A DNA stretch of 64,000 nt from a virus, in the IMG/VR virus record IMGVR_UViG_3300048011_000525, positions 51,583 through 115,582 of that record; one strand, given 5' to 3'. The translations under genes were made by a program, and so were the position numbers. The notes under the pieces were generated by a model. The model was not told where the DNA came from. It saw only the letters and a program-made list of their open reading frames with translations, and did not search any database. How positions within the stretch are numbered: the first letter of the stretch is position 1; each line of letters starts with the position of its first letter. Shown piece by piece: positions 1 to 10,044 of the stretch.

Positions 1-729
1 TTCTGCAATAGGTCCGTCTGCATAAAATACTGTTTCATATGCAACAGTCATACTACTTTGTACTGGCTCTGCACTTGCACTATTATCTAAAGTGTCATGT
101 TGCCAGCTTTCTATCATAGGATTAACAAGTGTCATTGTTAGATATTGATGTCTTGCAAGTTGGCTTATTTGGATACTTGTAAAGAATGGTTCGTAACTAT
201 CGTTGTCAAAACCAAATCTATATCCGTTTTGTTCTCTTCCTTTATAGGAATTAAATCTATCGTATGCTCTATCTGTTTGATTAGGGGCGCCAGCGCCGTC
301 TCTACTACCGTATGTTCCATCTGCATAATAATAGTTATAATAAGCAGTCCATAGTTGAGTAACAATACTGTTGCTGTCATCATGAAATGTAATATTTACA
401 GGGCTGTAATCAATTCTAGTTTGTAAATTTTTCTTACGATTGTATTTGTTTTTAGTTTCTAAACTAATATCAAACTTAGGCATTGTTACTGCTTTTACAA
501 GCATATTAACTTCGTTAGTGTGTCTTTGTACCCATTGAGGTAATATCTTATTAACTACATTATCATTTAAGTTAAGAGTTACATGATATAGAAATTTTTG
601 TTTTGGAGATAGGCGAAACTCGTTATCAGTGAACAAACGAGCCGCATGAGCGTAGTCAGCCATATTGCCTTTAGGGCTTAATGCTCCATTTACTACGTTA
701 TCTAAGAAACCATTGAATATACTTGCCAT
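1..729 (-). CDS. Tail-tube-fold baseplate/tube initiator (T4 gp19/gp54-like), 3' end runs off the window
   Basis: Not in the ORF track. Hand translation from ATG at 729: MASIFNGFLDNVVNGALSPKGNMADYAHAARLF...MLVKAVTMPKFDISLETKNKYNRKKNLQTRIDYSPVNITFHDD...LVNPMIESWQHDTLD...SSMTVAYE. Tube-family pattern, and it follows the tube gene. Confidence 0.7.
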   Translation of the reverse strand, partial: MASIFNGFLDNVVNGALSPKGNMADYAHAARLFTDNEFRLSPKQKFLYHVTLNLNDNVVNKILPQWVQRHTNEVNMLVKAVTMPKFDISLETKNKYNRKKNLQTRIDYSPVNITFHDDSNSIVTQLWTAYYNYYYADGTYGSRDGAGAPNQTDRAYDRFNSYKGREQNGYRFGFDNDSYEPFFTSIQISQLARHQYLTMTLVNPMIESWQHDTLDNSASAEPVQSSMTVAYETVFYADGPIAE

Positions 730-764
730 ACTAATATTTATCCAATGTAATAAAGTACGTACAT

Positions 765-794
765 AAAGAAAAAGGGAGCATTGCTCCCCTTTTC
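765..794 (-). terminator. Intrinsic terminator after tail tube gene (possibly bidirectional)
   Basis: GGGAGC-AAT-GCTCCC hairpin flanked by A/T tracts on both sides. Confidence 0.8.
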
Positions 795-820
795 AGTCGA
801 CTGTTTGACTAGTTTAGTTT

Positions 821-1459
821 TTAACTTGTACCTGTTGTTGATGCAATAGCTGCTACGCTTCTGCCAATAGCAGTACCAACTCCGCCGCCTGATGCGCCTT
901 GAGTTTGGATTGCATTATCGTACTTAACTGTAAGTGCAACAGTTACTGGCTCGTTAGCAGAATATGCTAGTGAGTTGTAATTTGCACTTTCTAAGTAACA
1001 ACCGTATAGTTCAAAAGTTTCTAATACTTCTGGTGCATAGTTACCGTTACCACCGTCTAGAATTTCAATTCTAGTTACAAACTTGTAATCAATACCTGAT
1101 GCTGCACTTGACTGTTCCATAAAGTCGAACTGTCTTTGTAGTTGTTCACCAACTAGTTTTTGTACTGCACCTGTTGCATCGTCACGTAAGTTTAATGTAA
1201 TAGCTTCCCAGGTATGTTTACCTGCAAGATAAACTCTTGAGTTATATACGTCAACAGTCATTGTCTCGAAGCTTACGTTAGGTCTAGTAACATCAACCAC
1301 CTGTTTTGTTAGTTCAGTAACTTCGCCTGCACTTACACCAAAGTTTTCCAAGCTCACTCTAAAGCGATATTGGAGTTTTGGCATAAGCAACCCTTGTGTA
1401 GAGTTGCTTGCATCCGAAGCTAATGGAACTGTGATTTTTGATAATGATGAAATAGCCAT
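821..1459 (-). CDS. Tail tube protein (gp19-like)
   Basis: 212 aa directly after the sheath gene; PKLQYRFRV, YLAGKHTWEAITLNLRDD, FELYGCY, LTVKYDNA; AGGAG SD. Confidence 0.88.
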   Translation of the reverse strand: MAISSLSKITVPLASDASNSTQGLLMPKLQYRFRVSLENFGVSAGEVTELTKQVVDVTRPNVSFETMTVDVYNSRVYLAGKHTWEAITLNLRDDATGAVQKLVGEQLQRQFDFMEQSSAASGIDYKFVTRIEILDGGNGNYAPEVLETFELYGCYLESANYNSLAYSANEPVTVALTVKYDNAIQTQGASGGGVGTAIGRSVAAIASTTGTS

Positions 1460-1496
1460 TTAATTTGCTCCTAATTTGTTATATGTATTTATCAAT

Positions 1497-4400
1497 TTAC
1501 AGTCCTGCTATCTCACCAGTGTTTTTCAAGCGTAGTGGAACGTAAATAAATTCAACTGCTTTCACTGGTTCAATTGCTATATCTAAATACAGCTCGTTTC
1601 TATCGATACGTGCCGGTGTGTTATTGCTTTCGTCACATACTACTAAGAAGTCGTATAGTGCTCTAGCGCCAACTAGCTCTAGACATAAACTCTCTGCTGC
1701 CTGTTTGATTTGATCACGTGTAATCTTATCGTTTGGCTCAAAGATGTAAGGTTTAGCAAGTTTGTTAAGTTGGCTACGTAAGTAGATAACCAAACGTGCT
1801 ACGTTAATTCTATCTAAAGAACTAGCACCTCTTGCACGAGTCTTTTGACCGTAGTTAACAAGTCCTGCTCCGTTGATAAATGTAATCGGGTTAACGTTAA
1901 CACTGTATAGCGTATCACGCTGTCCTTCGTTTAGTGCAACACTTGTAAATTCGCCTTCGGCATTAATATAACCTGTTGCTGTTGCGTTAGTAACTCCACC
2001 GCGTCTTGTACCTGCTGGTGCAAACCATGGATAAGAAACTTGATCGCTTAGTGCAATAGTGCGTAGCATCATGTGACTTGGTGGAACAACTACGTTGTTA
2101 CCTGCGTTATCACTTGTGAAGCCTGCTGGGTAGAAGATACCTAAGTATTCATCTCTACTAACTAAGCCGTCATCGTTATCTTCAACTGCTAGTGCAACGT
2201 TCTGACCCCACTCATTAAGTGAAGTAGCGTCTGACGCTAATCTAAATGGACTGTCGCCTACAATAAATGCACTTAGTCCTCTATCATAGTTTAGGCTTAC
2301 CATTTCGCCAATTAGCTCTGGATAACCTGGTGTTGCCATTATGTTAAACACTCTTGATTCGTCATCTCTGATTTCATCGTTGCTGTTAACCATTGATTGT
2401 AGCTGCTGTACAACAACCTTACGCTGTGCATGACGTCCAAAACTACCTGATCCATCTTCTTGGTTAGCTGATTCAGTAACCCAACGGTCAGTTCCGTATC
2501 CACTCATGCTTACGTCACCCATTCTGCCGTTATCAGCAGTTGTATCAATGTAGTTACGTACATATTTCTTAACGTTGAATCCGCTACGTCTCATGTTCCA
2601 TAGCAACATACCTTGTGGATATAGTGCTGGATCTGGAGCATCTGGATCTAAGAAGTCGCTTGCGGCTAATTCTGCAATAGTTGCTTCTGTGCCGCTTCCG
2701 TCTGTACTCCAACGTGCATCTGCAAATAGTACACCGTCTTCTGTGGTTTGATCTGATTTATCAACTAAATCCCACTGTGTAGTGCCGCCGTTGTAACGAT
2801 AAATTGTTGGATAATTTTCTAAGTCAGCTGTGCTTACCCAAATGTCTTGATCAGTTGGGCTGCTTGGCTCAGTTGCTGCTGTAGTAACACCTGCTAACGG
2901 ATGTAGAGTGTTGTATCCTACCCATGTAGTACCATTGTGTACCATCATGTCAACTTCGTCAACAACTGAACTATACCATAGTGTACCGTCTGCTGTTGTT
3001 GAGGTCGGAGCATCTGCTGATGCTGTAAATGTATCTAGTACTGCCCAGTTACTAACACCGTTTGTTGGAGTTATACCAATAGCTGCTAATGCGCCATCAG
3101 TATCAGCCATTTCAATGTCGCCGCCCAACTTGTGTGAAATAGTAACTTTATCGTTTGCATCTACTGAAGCAACAATATTAGTAAATCCTGAACTATTAAT
3201 GGCATCGGCCATGTCATCAGCATCTGATGCTGCGCCTGCTGCTGTAAATGTTATAGTTCTTGTGCTTACTGTAGCATTTCCTACAAGTGTTTCTGATAAA
3301 TTAAAGCTAACTGAACCAGCACTAATTTGTGTTGCTACTGCATTTGATGTAACAGAACTTGCACCTGCTGCACTTCTTCTAAATACTTTAAATTCAGCTA
3401 GTGGGCTTGCTGCTTCTGTCCAGTTAGACTGTACATACAAGTCACCAATTGGTAAGTTAACTCCGCCGCCTGTTTTGTCTAATGCTACAAGTGCTGCTTC
3501 ATTATCAGCATAAATTGGTGCGCTTACTAAGTCCCATAGTGCAGTATCAGCATTCCAAGTTTTAATTCTCCAACGTGCGCCGCCATTTGGTTCTGTTGTT
3601 TTAACCCATACACTACCTGTTGGGCGTGTGTCGGTTCCTGAAGATTTGTACTGCGGTACACTTGTATGAGGTGCAATAGCTAGTTTTGGAACTGCATAAT
3701 TGCCAATTGTAATACCTAGTGTGCCTTCTAAATCGTTGTTTCCTGCTTTTACTTCAAGCGTTGTAGCAACAGTTCCGTCATTTAAAATAGCAAGTTGATC
3801 GTCAATATTTGCTAATGAAACGCCAGTACTTGTTAGTACACTATTACCGTTTGAAACAATATCAGCCAATGTAGTTGCTGCGCCGCCTGATGCTGCTGCT
3901 GTAATTGTGTAATCACTACCAGAAACATTAATAATAAATGTATCTGTATCAAGTAGTCCACTTGTAACTGCTTCAGTTCCTAATACGCTCGGAGTAGAAC
4001 CTACCCAGTCATCTGATCCAACTTTAACCCATGTACCTAAATAATTTTTCTTGTACACTGCATATGATGTAGTTTGTCCTGCAACAATAGCATAATCGCC
4101 AATTGCGCCTACTGATCCTTTTGGAGCTCCGCCGCTGAGTTTGTCAGCATCAGTAATAATCATTGGACTTTGTACAGAGAAACTTTGTCCGCCTGCTGTG
4201 GTTGCTGCTTCGCCATTCCACTCAAAAATGCCAAATGCTGTAGAAGCTGTGTCTACCCAATAAGCGCCATCTGCTGGATCGCCTGTTGGTGCATCTGCTG
4301 TTGCTTGTAGTGCGCCTAAGTCTACATCTGCTCTTACAATCCAAGCTCTATTACTTACACCTAATAGTGAGTAAGCTGCTTGTAGTCCGTATTCATTAAG

Positions 4401-4664
4401 TTCACCTGCATGAATTGGATTGTTATTGTTATCAGTGTAAAAAATTGGATCGCCGAATGTTTCAGTTAGATCGCGCTGCGATGTAAGCAAGTAAGGTTTG
4501 CCTGCGTTTGCTGCGGTTGTACCCGGAGCAATACCTGTGCCAGCGCCATTTGTTTTGTTTTCGGCGGTGGCTACAAAAATCATTGGAACTGTACCTGGTT
4601 CAGCGGGTGTGTAAAAACTTTCGTCTACTACGCTTACCTGTACGCCTGGTGATGTTAGTGCCAT
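1497..4664 (-). CDS. Tail sheath protein (gp18-like) with large internal insertions
   Basis: N-term LTSPGVQVSVVDES; C-term PWFAPAGTRRG, RDTLYSVNVNPI, SLDRINVARL, FEPNDKITR, CDESNNTPARID, IEPVKAVEFIY. Confidence 0.95.
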   Translation of the reverse strand: MALTSPGVQVSVVDESFYTPAEPGTVPMIFVATAENKTNGAGTGIAPGTTAANAGKPYLLTSQRDLTETFGDPIFYTDNNNNPIHAGELNEYGLQAAYSLLGVSNRAWIVRADVDLGALQATADAPTGDPADGAYWVDTASTAFGIFEWNGEAATTAGGQSFSVQSPMIITDADKLSGGAPKGSVGAIGDYAIVAGQTTSYAVYKKNYLGTWVKVGSDDWVGSTPSVLGTEAVTSGLLDTDTFIINVSGSDYTITAAASGGAATTLADIVSNGNSVLTSTGVSLANIDDQLAILNDGTVATTLEVKAGNNDLEGTLGITIGNYAVPKLAIAPHTSVPQYKSSGTDTRPTGSVWVKTTEPNGGARWRIKTWNADTALWDLVSAPIYADNEAALVALDKTGGGVNLPIGDLYVQSNWTEAASPLAEFKVFRRSAAGASSVTSNAVATQISAGSVSFNLSETLVGNATVSTRTITFTAAGAASDADDMADAINSSGFTNIVASVDANDKVTISHKLGGDIEMADTDGALAAIGITPTNGVSNWAVLDTFTASADAPTSTTADGTLWYSSVVDEVDMMVHNGTTWVGYNTLHPLAGVTTAATEPSSPTDQDIWVSTADLENYPTIYRYNGGTTQWDLVDKSDQTTEDGVLFADARWSTDGSGTEATIAELAASDFLDPDAPDPALYPQGMLLWNMRRSGFNVKKYVRNYIDTTADNGRMGDVSMSGYGTDRWVTESANQEDGSGSFGRHAQRKVVVQQLQSMVNSNDEIRDDESRVFNIMATPGYPELIGEMVSLNYDRGLSAFIVGDSPFRLASDATSLNEWGQNVALAVEDNDDGLVSRDEYLGIFYPAGFTSDNAGNNVVVPPSHMMLRTIALSDQVSYPWFAPAGTRRGGVTNATATGYINAEGEFTSVALNEGQRDTLYSVNVNPITFINGAGLVNYGQKTRARGASSLDRINVARLVIYLRSQLNKLAKPYIFEPNDKITRDQIKQAAESLCLELVGARALYDFLVVCDESNNTPARIDRNELYLDIAIEPVKAVEFIYVPLRLKNTGEIAGL

Positions 4665-4779
4665 TATAAATCTCCTATAATAATGTTTGAGCGTTTGTTA
4701 TAGTTATTTAGCAGAGTTTCAATAATTCACTGCTTATAACACCATAAAAAAGGTACCGAAAAGGTGAGCTAAATACAAT

Positions 4780-5115
4780 ATGAGACCATTATGCACATGC
4801 GGACAGCGTCCTGCTGCAATAAACTACAAAAAAGGTAATAAAACCTATTATAGAAAGCTATGCGAACGTTGTTTACGTAACGGACTAGGACACGGCATTC
4901 CTAAGTGGAAACAACGAGGATATAAGAAAAAAGATGTTTGTGAAAAGTGTGGTTATAAGTCTAAACATCCTGAACAGTTTAATGTATTTCATATAGACGG
5001 GGATTTAAATAATTGCCGGCCAGGCAACTTAAAAACTATATGTGCTAACTGTCAGCGTATTCTTCAAAAAGATGGAGTTGTGTGGAAGCAGGGAGACTTA
5101 GTCCCTGATTTTTAA
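4780..5115 (+). CDS. Small Zn-binding HNH-type nuclease-like protein
   Basis: CxC and three CxxC motifs plus HIDGDLNNCRPGNLKTICANC (HNH signature); TAAATA box 4 nt before ATG. Confidence 0.7.
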   Translation: MRPLCTCGQRPAAINYKKGNKTYYRKLCERCLRNGLGHGIPKWKQRGYKKKDVCEKCGYKSKHPEQFNVFHIDGDLNNCRPGNLKTICANCQRILQKDGVVWKQGDLVPDF

Positions 5116-5605
5116 AGATAGTTTTAATTAGTATTTCTACGTTCTTTTCAAGTCTTGCTAAATCGCCATTGTTGTCAATAGTATAATCACACATCCATTG
5201 TTCAATGCTCATCGAGTCAGGATCTTCTTTAGGCAAATGATCTGTACGATCAACCCAAATAGCATAATCAAAAATTTCTTCGTTCTGCATTGCAAAGAAC
5301 TCGCGCTTGTTACGTAGCCCACAATAGATATCGTGTTTTGCAAACAAGTTACGCCCTAGACGTGCTAAATCATCTTTGCAGTAATTATGAATCATGTTGT
5401 ACCATAGCACACGATGATGGTGTCTATCTATATAACACTGTTCTTCGTCAGCATATCCGTACTCGTGTTTTAGTTCTTCAAATATAAAAAGCTCTGAACA
5501 GAACTTAGAACTTGATTGAAATGTATATCCGTACTTCTCTAACATTTCACAGACAGTATCTTTGCCGTGCCTGCCGTGTCCAACAATTAATAATTTAGGT
5601 AACAT
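5045..5605 (-). CDS. Deoxynucleoside monophosphate kinase-like P-loop protein (T4 gp1-like)
   Basis: GHGRHGKDT P-loop, GLRNKREF, IDNNGDL; GAGGAG SD. Confidence 0.7.
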   Translation of the reverse strand: MLPKLLIVGHGRHGKDTVCEMLEKYGYTFQSSSKFCSELFIFEELKHEYGYADEEQCYIDRHHHRVLWYNMIHNYCKDDLARLGRNLFAKHDIYCGLRNKREFFAMQNEEIFDYAIWVDRTDHLPKEDPDSMSIEQWMCDYTIDNNGDLARLEKNVEILIKTIFKNQGLSLPASTQLHLFEEYADS

Positions 5606-5629
5606 ACAAACTCCTCTAAGAATATGTAT

Positions 5630-5657
5630 ATTATAGCATCTTAGTTTACGTTGTCAA
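5630..5657 (-). promoter_or_regulatory. sigma70-type promoter for the dNMP kinase gene
   Basis: Minus strand TTGACA-16nt-TATAAT with TGn extension. Confidence 0.75.
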
Positions 5658-5664
5658 GAAGTTT

Positions 5665-6648
5665 TTAGCCAATAGTGAAGCCGTAGCCTACACCGCCTGC
5701 CATTTGAGTTGAAACCTCTGCTTCAAGTTTTTCCATTTCGGCTTGTGCTTCTGCTTTGAGTGCGTCACCGTTAAGTGCTGATCCGCCTTGTGGTCCTGCA
5801 ATAGTAGCAAACTTACTACGTGCTTCGCCTAACATAAATTTACATGCAGCAAGTGTGTAGTCTTTAATCCATTGACTTGCTAGGTAGTCGTTTAACAACT
5901 CGCTGTCTGGTCGATAGTTGTAGCAATATAATAAAATAGTTTCGTTTGCTCTAGGACGCTGAAGCAGTGTTAGCTTTTTGCTTGTAGTGTTCCATTTAAA
6001 TTCAATAAAGCTACCAAACATTCTACCTACCAGTTCTTGGTATTGACTAAACATATCGTATGTTGCTAGTCCTCCTAAGTTAGAACTTGATAGCAAGTAT
6101 GCGTTTGTGTATGCTAAACTAAAAGGATCAAATAAACTTCCGCCGCCATTTTCGCCACTATCATAAAGTTTTACATTTACAACATCTCCAGTAGTTAACC
6201 CTGTGTTGAATGTAATAGTTCTTGCATTATAATCAGTAGAATAATCTGTAGTAACTGCACCGTTAACTGTTACTACAATAGATTGCACTATTCCTAAATT
6301 GTAATTTACATTAAAAACTTGTTGAGATGCTGTTGATATTAACGTAGTTGAATATAATGCTGGTCCTGAGACTGAAGTACTTGGGCGTGAGCCAATGCTT
6401 CTGCGAAATGTTTTACGAACTTCTACAACTTCGTTAGGCAATGTATATTCGCTTTGATCAACTATAGTATCCATAAACAAATAGCTTTCTTCTACGCTAT
6501 TGTCACTACGCTGTCTAAATTTAGAAAATGCTTTTTTAAGTGCAGTTTCGTAGTGGATAGGATCTAGTTCAACATCTACCATGCCTCCGCCAAGGAAGGC
6601 ATTTACATAGTCGAATACTTCTTGCTTTTGTGTTTGTGCTACTGCCAT
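5665..6648 (-). CDS. Neck protein (gp13-like)
   Basis: LGGGMVDVELD N-terminus; WIKDYTLAACKFMLGEARSKF..IAGPQGG..LNGDALK C-terminus typical of gp13. Confidence 0.8.
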   Translation of the reverse strand: MAVAQTQKQEVFDYVNAFLGGGMVDVELDPIHYETALKKAFSKFRQRSDNSVEESYLFMDTIVDQSEYTLPNEVVEVRKTFRRSIGSRPSTSVSGPALYSTTLISTASQQVFNVNYNLGIVQSIVVTVNGAVTTDYSTDYNARTITFNTGLTTGDVVNVKLYDSGENGGGSLFDPFSLAYTNAYLLSSSNLGGLATYDMFSQYQELVGRMFGSFIEFKWNTTSKKLTLLQRPRANETILLYCYNYRPDSELLNDYLASQWIKDYTLAACKFMLGEARSKFATIAGPQGGSALNGDALKAEAQAEMEKLEAEVSTQMAGGVGYGFTIG

Positions 6649-6667
6649 TTACATTTCTCCGTCATAG

Positions 6668-6687
6668 TATTTATCTTTCGATAAATA
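6668..6687. promoter_or_regulatory. Back-to-back late promoters (TAAATA on each strand)
   Basis: Inverted repeat tatttatc-tttc-gataaata between divergent neck genes. Confidence 0.7.
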
Positions 6688-6692
6688 TGTGT

Positions 6693-8060
6693 ATGCCAAG
6701 ACTTAGTTTATATAAACCAGAGCGCGGTGCAGACTTTAAATTTCTGGATCGACAAATTAACGAAATGTTCACAATAGGTGGTACAGACCTGTTTGTCCAC
6801 AAATATATCGGTACGAATGACGGTACAACTGAAAAGGATCATACACAAATCCAAGATATGTTGTTCTTAGAAAATCGCGATAGAAAATATGATTCAGACA
6901 TATACACCATACGTGGTATTTACAATGTACAAGACATTGACTTTGATTTAAGTCAATTTGGTTTGTTCCTTAGTAATGACACACTGTTTATGACTGTGCA
7001 TATTAGTAGTTCTGTAGATGCTATAGGACGCAAACTAATGCCAGGTGATGTAATTGAATTACCACATTTGAAAGACGAGTATGCACTAAATGATTTTAGT
7101 GTAGCACTTAAACGTTTTTATGTTATTGAAGATATCAACAGAGCAGCTGAGGGATTTAGTCCTACTTGGTATCCGCACTTATATAGACTAAAACTTAAAC
7201 AGATTGTTGATTCGCAAGAATACAAAGATATACTCGACTTACCTGCAAGTGAAGATTATCCAGAAGACGGAACACTGCGTGATGTATTAAGTACATTTGA
7301 AGCGGAGATGAATGTTAACAATGCAGTAGTTGCAGAAGCAGAAGCAAACACGCCTAAGAGCGGCTATGATGTTGACGACAATTATTACACACTTGCTGTG
7401 GACGAAAACACAGGTAGGAAAAAAGTTCAACAAGTTGCACAAGATGGTAGTACTATTACAGATAGTGCAACACCTACAACCCACGGATATAAGGGTGTAC
7501 TAATTGGTGACGAATTTGCTCCTAACGGTAGTAACTTTAGTAGCGGGATTAGTTTTCCACTAGACAGTACCGAAGGTGACTACTTTTTACGCACAGACTT
7601 TTTGCCACAACGTATGTTCCGCTATGACGGTAGACGTTGGCTGAAAGCACATGATGTTAAGAGAGCTCCAATGAATAACGATACAACACAGACACTACGT
7701 GGTTCGTTTATTAATGATATAGATTCGTTTATTTACGACAGACACATTGCACAAGACTTTGTACGTTTAGATGTTGGAGATACTGTTATTAATACTGAGA
7801 TTGCATATATGACTGCAAAGTATGTACAACTAGAATATACTAGTGATACAGGAGATGGTGCTCTAAGATTAAATTATGTTGTTGCTGACAATGCAGGCAT
7901 GCTAACAAGTTATGACGACAGCGGCACAGATAGAGTACGTATTACTTTACCAGCAGGTGCAATTAAAGACGAAGGATTGTATAGTTTAACACTACACAAT
8001 GAAAGAACACAACAACGTCAAGCACTATCACAAGTGCTAAAACCTAAGGCAGACAACTAA
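6693..8060 (+). CDS. Neck/head-completion protein (gp14-like) with C-terminal extension; start reassigned to MPRLSLY at 6693
   Basis: DMLFLENRDRKYD, DLSQFGLFL, GRKLMPGDVIELPHL. The track start at 6630 overlaps the divergent gene and lies upstream of the promoter. Confidence 0.7.
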   Translation: MPRLSLYKPERGADFKFLDRQINEMFTIGGTDLFVHKYIGTNDGTTEKDHTQIQDMLFLENRDRKYDSDIYTIRGIYNVQDIDFDLSQFGLFLSNDTLFMTVHISSSVDAIGRKLMPGDVIELPHLKDEYALNDFSVALKRFYVIEDINRAAEGFSPTWYPHLYRLKLKQIVDSQEYKDILDLPASEDYPEDGTLRDVLSTFEAEMNVNNAVVAEAEANTPKSGYDVDDNYYTLAVDENTGRKKVQQVAQDGSTITDSATPTTHGYKGVLIGDEFAPNGSNFSSGISFPLDSTEGDYFLRTDFLPQRMFRYDGRRWLKAHDVKRAPMNNDTTQTLRGSFINDIDSFIYDRHIAQDFVRLDVGDTVINTEIAYMTAKYVQLEYTSDTGDGALRLNYVVADNAGMLTSYDDSGTDRVRITLPAGAIKDEGLYSLTLHNERTQQRQALSQVLKPKADN

Positions 8061-9574
8061 TGGCTGAACACTTTTATGACGGACAAATAAGAAAATATCT
8101 CGTACAGATGATGCGGTTGTTTAGTAATTTTAGTTACCAAACAGGCGACGGTACTGAAAAACAAGTACCTGTTTTGTATGGAGACTTAACACGCCAAGTA
8201 GGAAGTATTTTAAGAGACAATTCTGAAAATAAAATTCCAAGTGCTCCTCGCATGGCAGTTTATATTACAGGCTTAGAACTTGATAGAGATAGAACTAGTG
8301 ATGCTAGTTATGTAAACAAGCGTCATGTAAGAGAACGTGCTAAAGATTCAAACGGTGATTATACCGATGAACAAGGACGTCAATATACAGTTGAGCGTTT
8401 AATGCCTACACCATATAAACTAACTATAAATGTTGACATATGGAGTACAAATACAGATATGAAACTACAGATTATGGAGCAAATATTAATGCTGTTTAAT
8501 CCTAGTTTAGACATCCAAACCACAGACAACTATTTAGACTGGACAAGTTTAACAACAGTAATGCTAGACAGTGTAAACTTTAGCTCACGTTCAATTCCAG
8601 TTGGAGTCGATAGTGAAATTGATGTAGGACAAATGACATTTAGCACACCAATTTATATTAGTCCTCCTGCTAAAGTTAAACGTCTTGGTGTTGTTACTAA
8701 TATTGTTACTAGCATATTTGACGGTGACGGATATTATGACTTTGAAAAAATGCTTGAAGGTACTAACTTGTTTAGTATAGGCGGAGCAACTGCACCTTAT
8801 GAAAAGGGTAGCGAGCAAAACGAAGTTGTTGATACAGGTGCCATGCCCAATGACGGTGATGGTGTTCTTACTCCTAGAAAACAAATTACAAGAACTGTTA
8901 AACCTATTATTAAAAATCCATTACAACATCGCATACTGATACTTAATGGACAAATTCAGTTGCTTGATAACGGCTTACCTAGCAACACTGCATGGTCTGA
9001 GTATTTTGAAGAAATTCAAGGTACTTATAAGCCGGGGTTAAGCATAATGTATTTTAGAAAGCCGGACATAAGCGGACTAGTTGCAGGACGTATTACAATC
9101 AATCCATTAGACGAAACTAAACTGTCAATTGCTTGGGATAGAGATACATTGCCAAGCAATGATACAATACAAGGCCCTGCTCGTAATGCTAATCAATATT
9201 CAAGTGTAGATTATATTGTAGATCCGTTGCGTTATGATCCGCAATCAGATACTTCAAAAGCAGGAGTACGATTGCTTATACTTGGTGCAATAGGTGATGC
9301 AGATAATGTAGATGGTGCTGATGCTTGGAAAAATACTGACAACACAGATTTTGTAGCAGGTGATAATGACATTATCGAATATGATGGCGCTAATTGGCAT
9401 ATTGTATTTGATGCAAGCAAAGACTACCTTCCGTACAATGACGAAACTATTACAACCTTATACACTACAAACTTAAATACCGGTGTACAATACTACTGGG
9501 ATGGCGATCAGTGGTTATTAAGCGTAGACGGCGAATATGCCAAAGGTGACTGGGTAATTGAGCTAGACGGCTAA
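8060..9574 (+). CDS. Tail terminator/sheath stabiliser (gp15-like) with C-terminal extension
   Basis: HFYDGQIRKY, VPVLYG, PRMAV, MPTPY, QIMEQILMLFNP. Confidence 0.8.
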   Translation: MAEHFYDGQIRKYLVQMMRLFSNFSYQTGDGTEKQVPVLYGDLTRQVGSILRDNSENKIPSAPRMAVYITGLELDRDRTSDASYVNKRHVRERAKDSNGDYTDEQGRQYTVERLMPTPYKLTINVDIWSTNTDMKLQIMEQILMLFNPSLDIQTTDNYLDWTSLTTVMLDSVNFSSRSIPVGVDSEIDVGQMTFSTPIYISPPAKVKRLGVVTNIVTSIFDGDGYYDFEKMLEGTNLFSIGGATAPYEKGSEQNEVVDTGAMPNDGDGVLTPRKQITRTVKPIIKNPLQHRILILNGQIQLLDNGLPSNTAWSEYFEEIQGTYKPGLSIMYFRKPDISGLVAGRITINPLDETKLSIAWDRDTLPSNDTIQGPARNANQYSSVDYIVDPLRYDPQSDTSKAGVRLLILGAIGDADNVDGADAWKNTDNTDFVAGDNDIIEYDGANWHIVFDASKDYLPYNDETITTLYTTNLNTGVQYYWDGDQWLLSVDGEYAKGDWVIELDG

Positions 9575-9582
9575 TTACTAGT

Positions 9583-10020
9583 ATGAACAAGATAGTTTGC
9601 AGTGGTGCTCTCTTTTACGCACTCAATACAAAACGTTTTTTATTTTTACACAGAGCTGGCGGCAAGACTTCTGGCACTTGGGGACTTGTAGGTGGCGGCA
9701 ACGAAGAAGGTGAAACACCTTTTGAAGGACTTACACGTGAAATACAAGAAGAAGTAGGAAAACTACCTAAGTTTGTAAAAACAATACCTTTAGAAACGTT
9801 TGTATCAAATGATGAAAAGTTTAACTTTCACACATACCTTGTTGTAATAAAAGAAGAATTTTTACCTACACTAAATCATGAACACAACGGGTATGCTTGG
9901 ACTACATTTGGTAATTGGCCTAAAACCCTACACCAGGGATTGCGCAACACACTACAAAATAAAACTAATCTTACAAAGTTAGAAACTGTATTTCAAGTAA
10001 TAGACTTACTTGACAATTAA
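9583..10020 (+). CDS. Nudix hydrolase
   Basis: Nudix box GGGNEEGETPFEGLTREIQEEVG; LNHEH..YAW. Confidence 0.9.
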   Translation: MNKIVCSGALFYALNTKRFLFLHRAGGKTSGTWGLVGGGNEEGETPFEGLTREIQEEVGKLPKFVKTIPLETFVSNDEKFNFHTYLVVIKEEFLPTLNHEHNGYAWTTFGNWPKTLHQGLRNTLQNKTNLTKLETVFQVIDLLDN

Positions 10021-10038
10021 CTCAAAAGACTGTATAAT
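10010..10038 (+). promoter_or_regulatory. Perfect-consensus sigma70 promoter of the hldE-hldD operon
   Basis: TTGACA(10010-10015)-17nt-TATAAT(10033-10038); predicted +1 falls on the ATG at 10045. Confidence 0.85.
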
Positions 10039-10044
10039 ATGAGT

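Noticed and set aside
145-383. Track ORFs 145..354 (+) and 165..383 (-)
   Set aside because: Shadows of the real minus-strand gene starting at 729, which runs off the window
6630-6692. N-terminal extension of the gp14-like ORF
   Set aside because: Overlaps the divergent gp13-like start and lies upstream of the late box; MPRLSLY at 6693 is the better start
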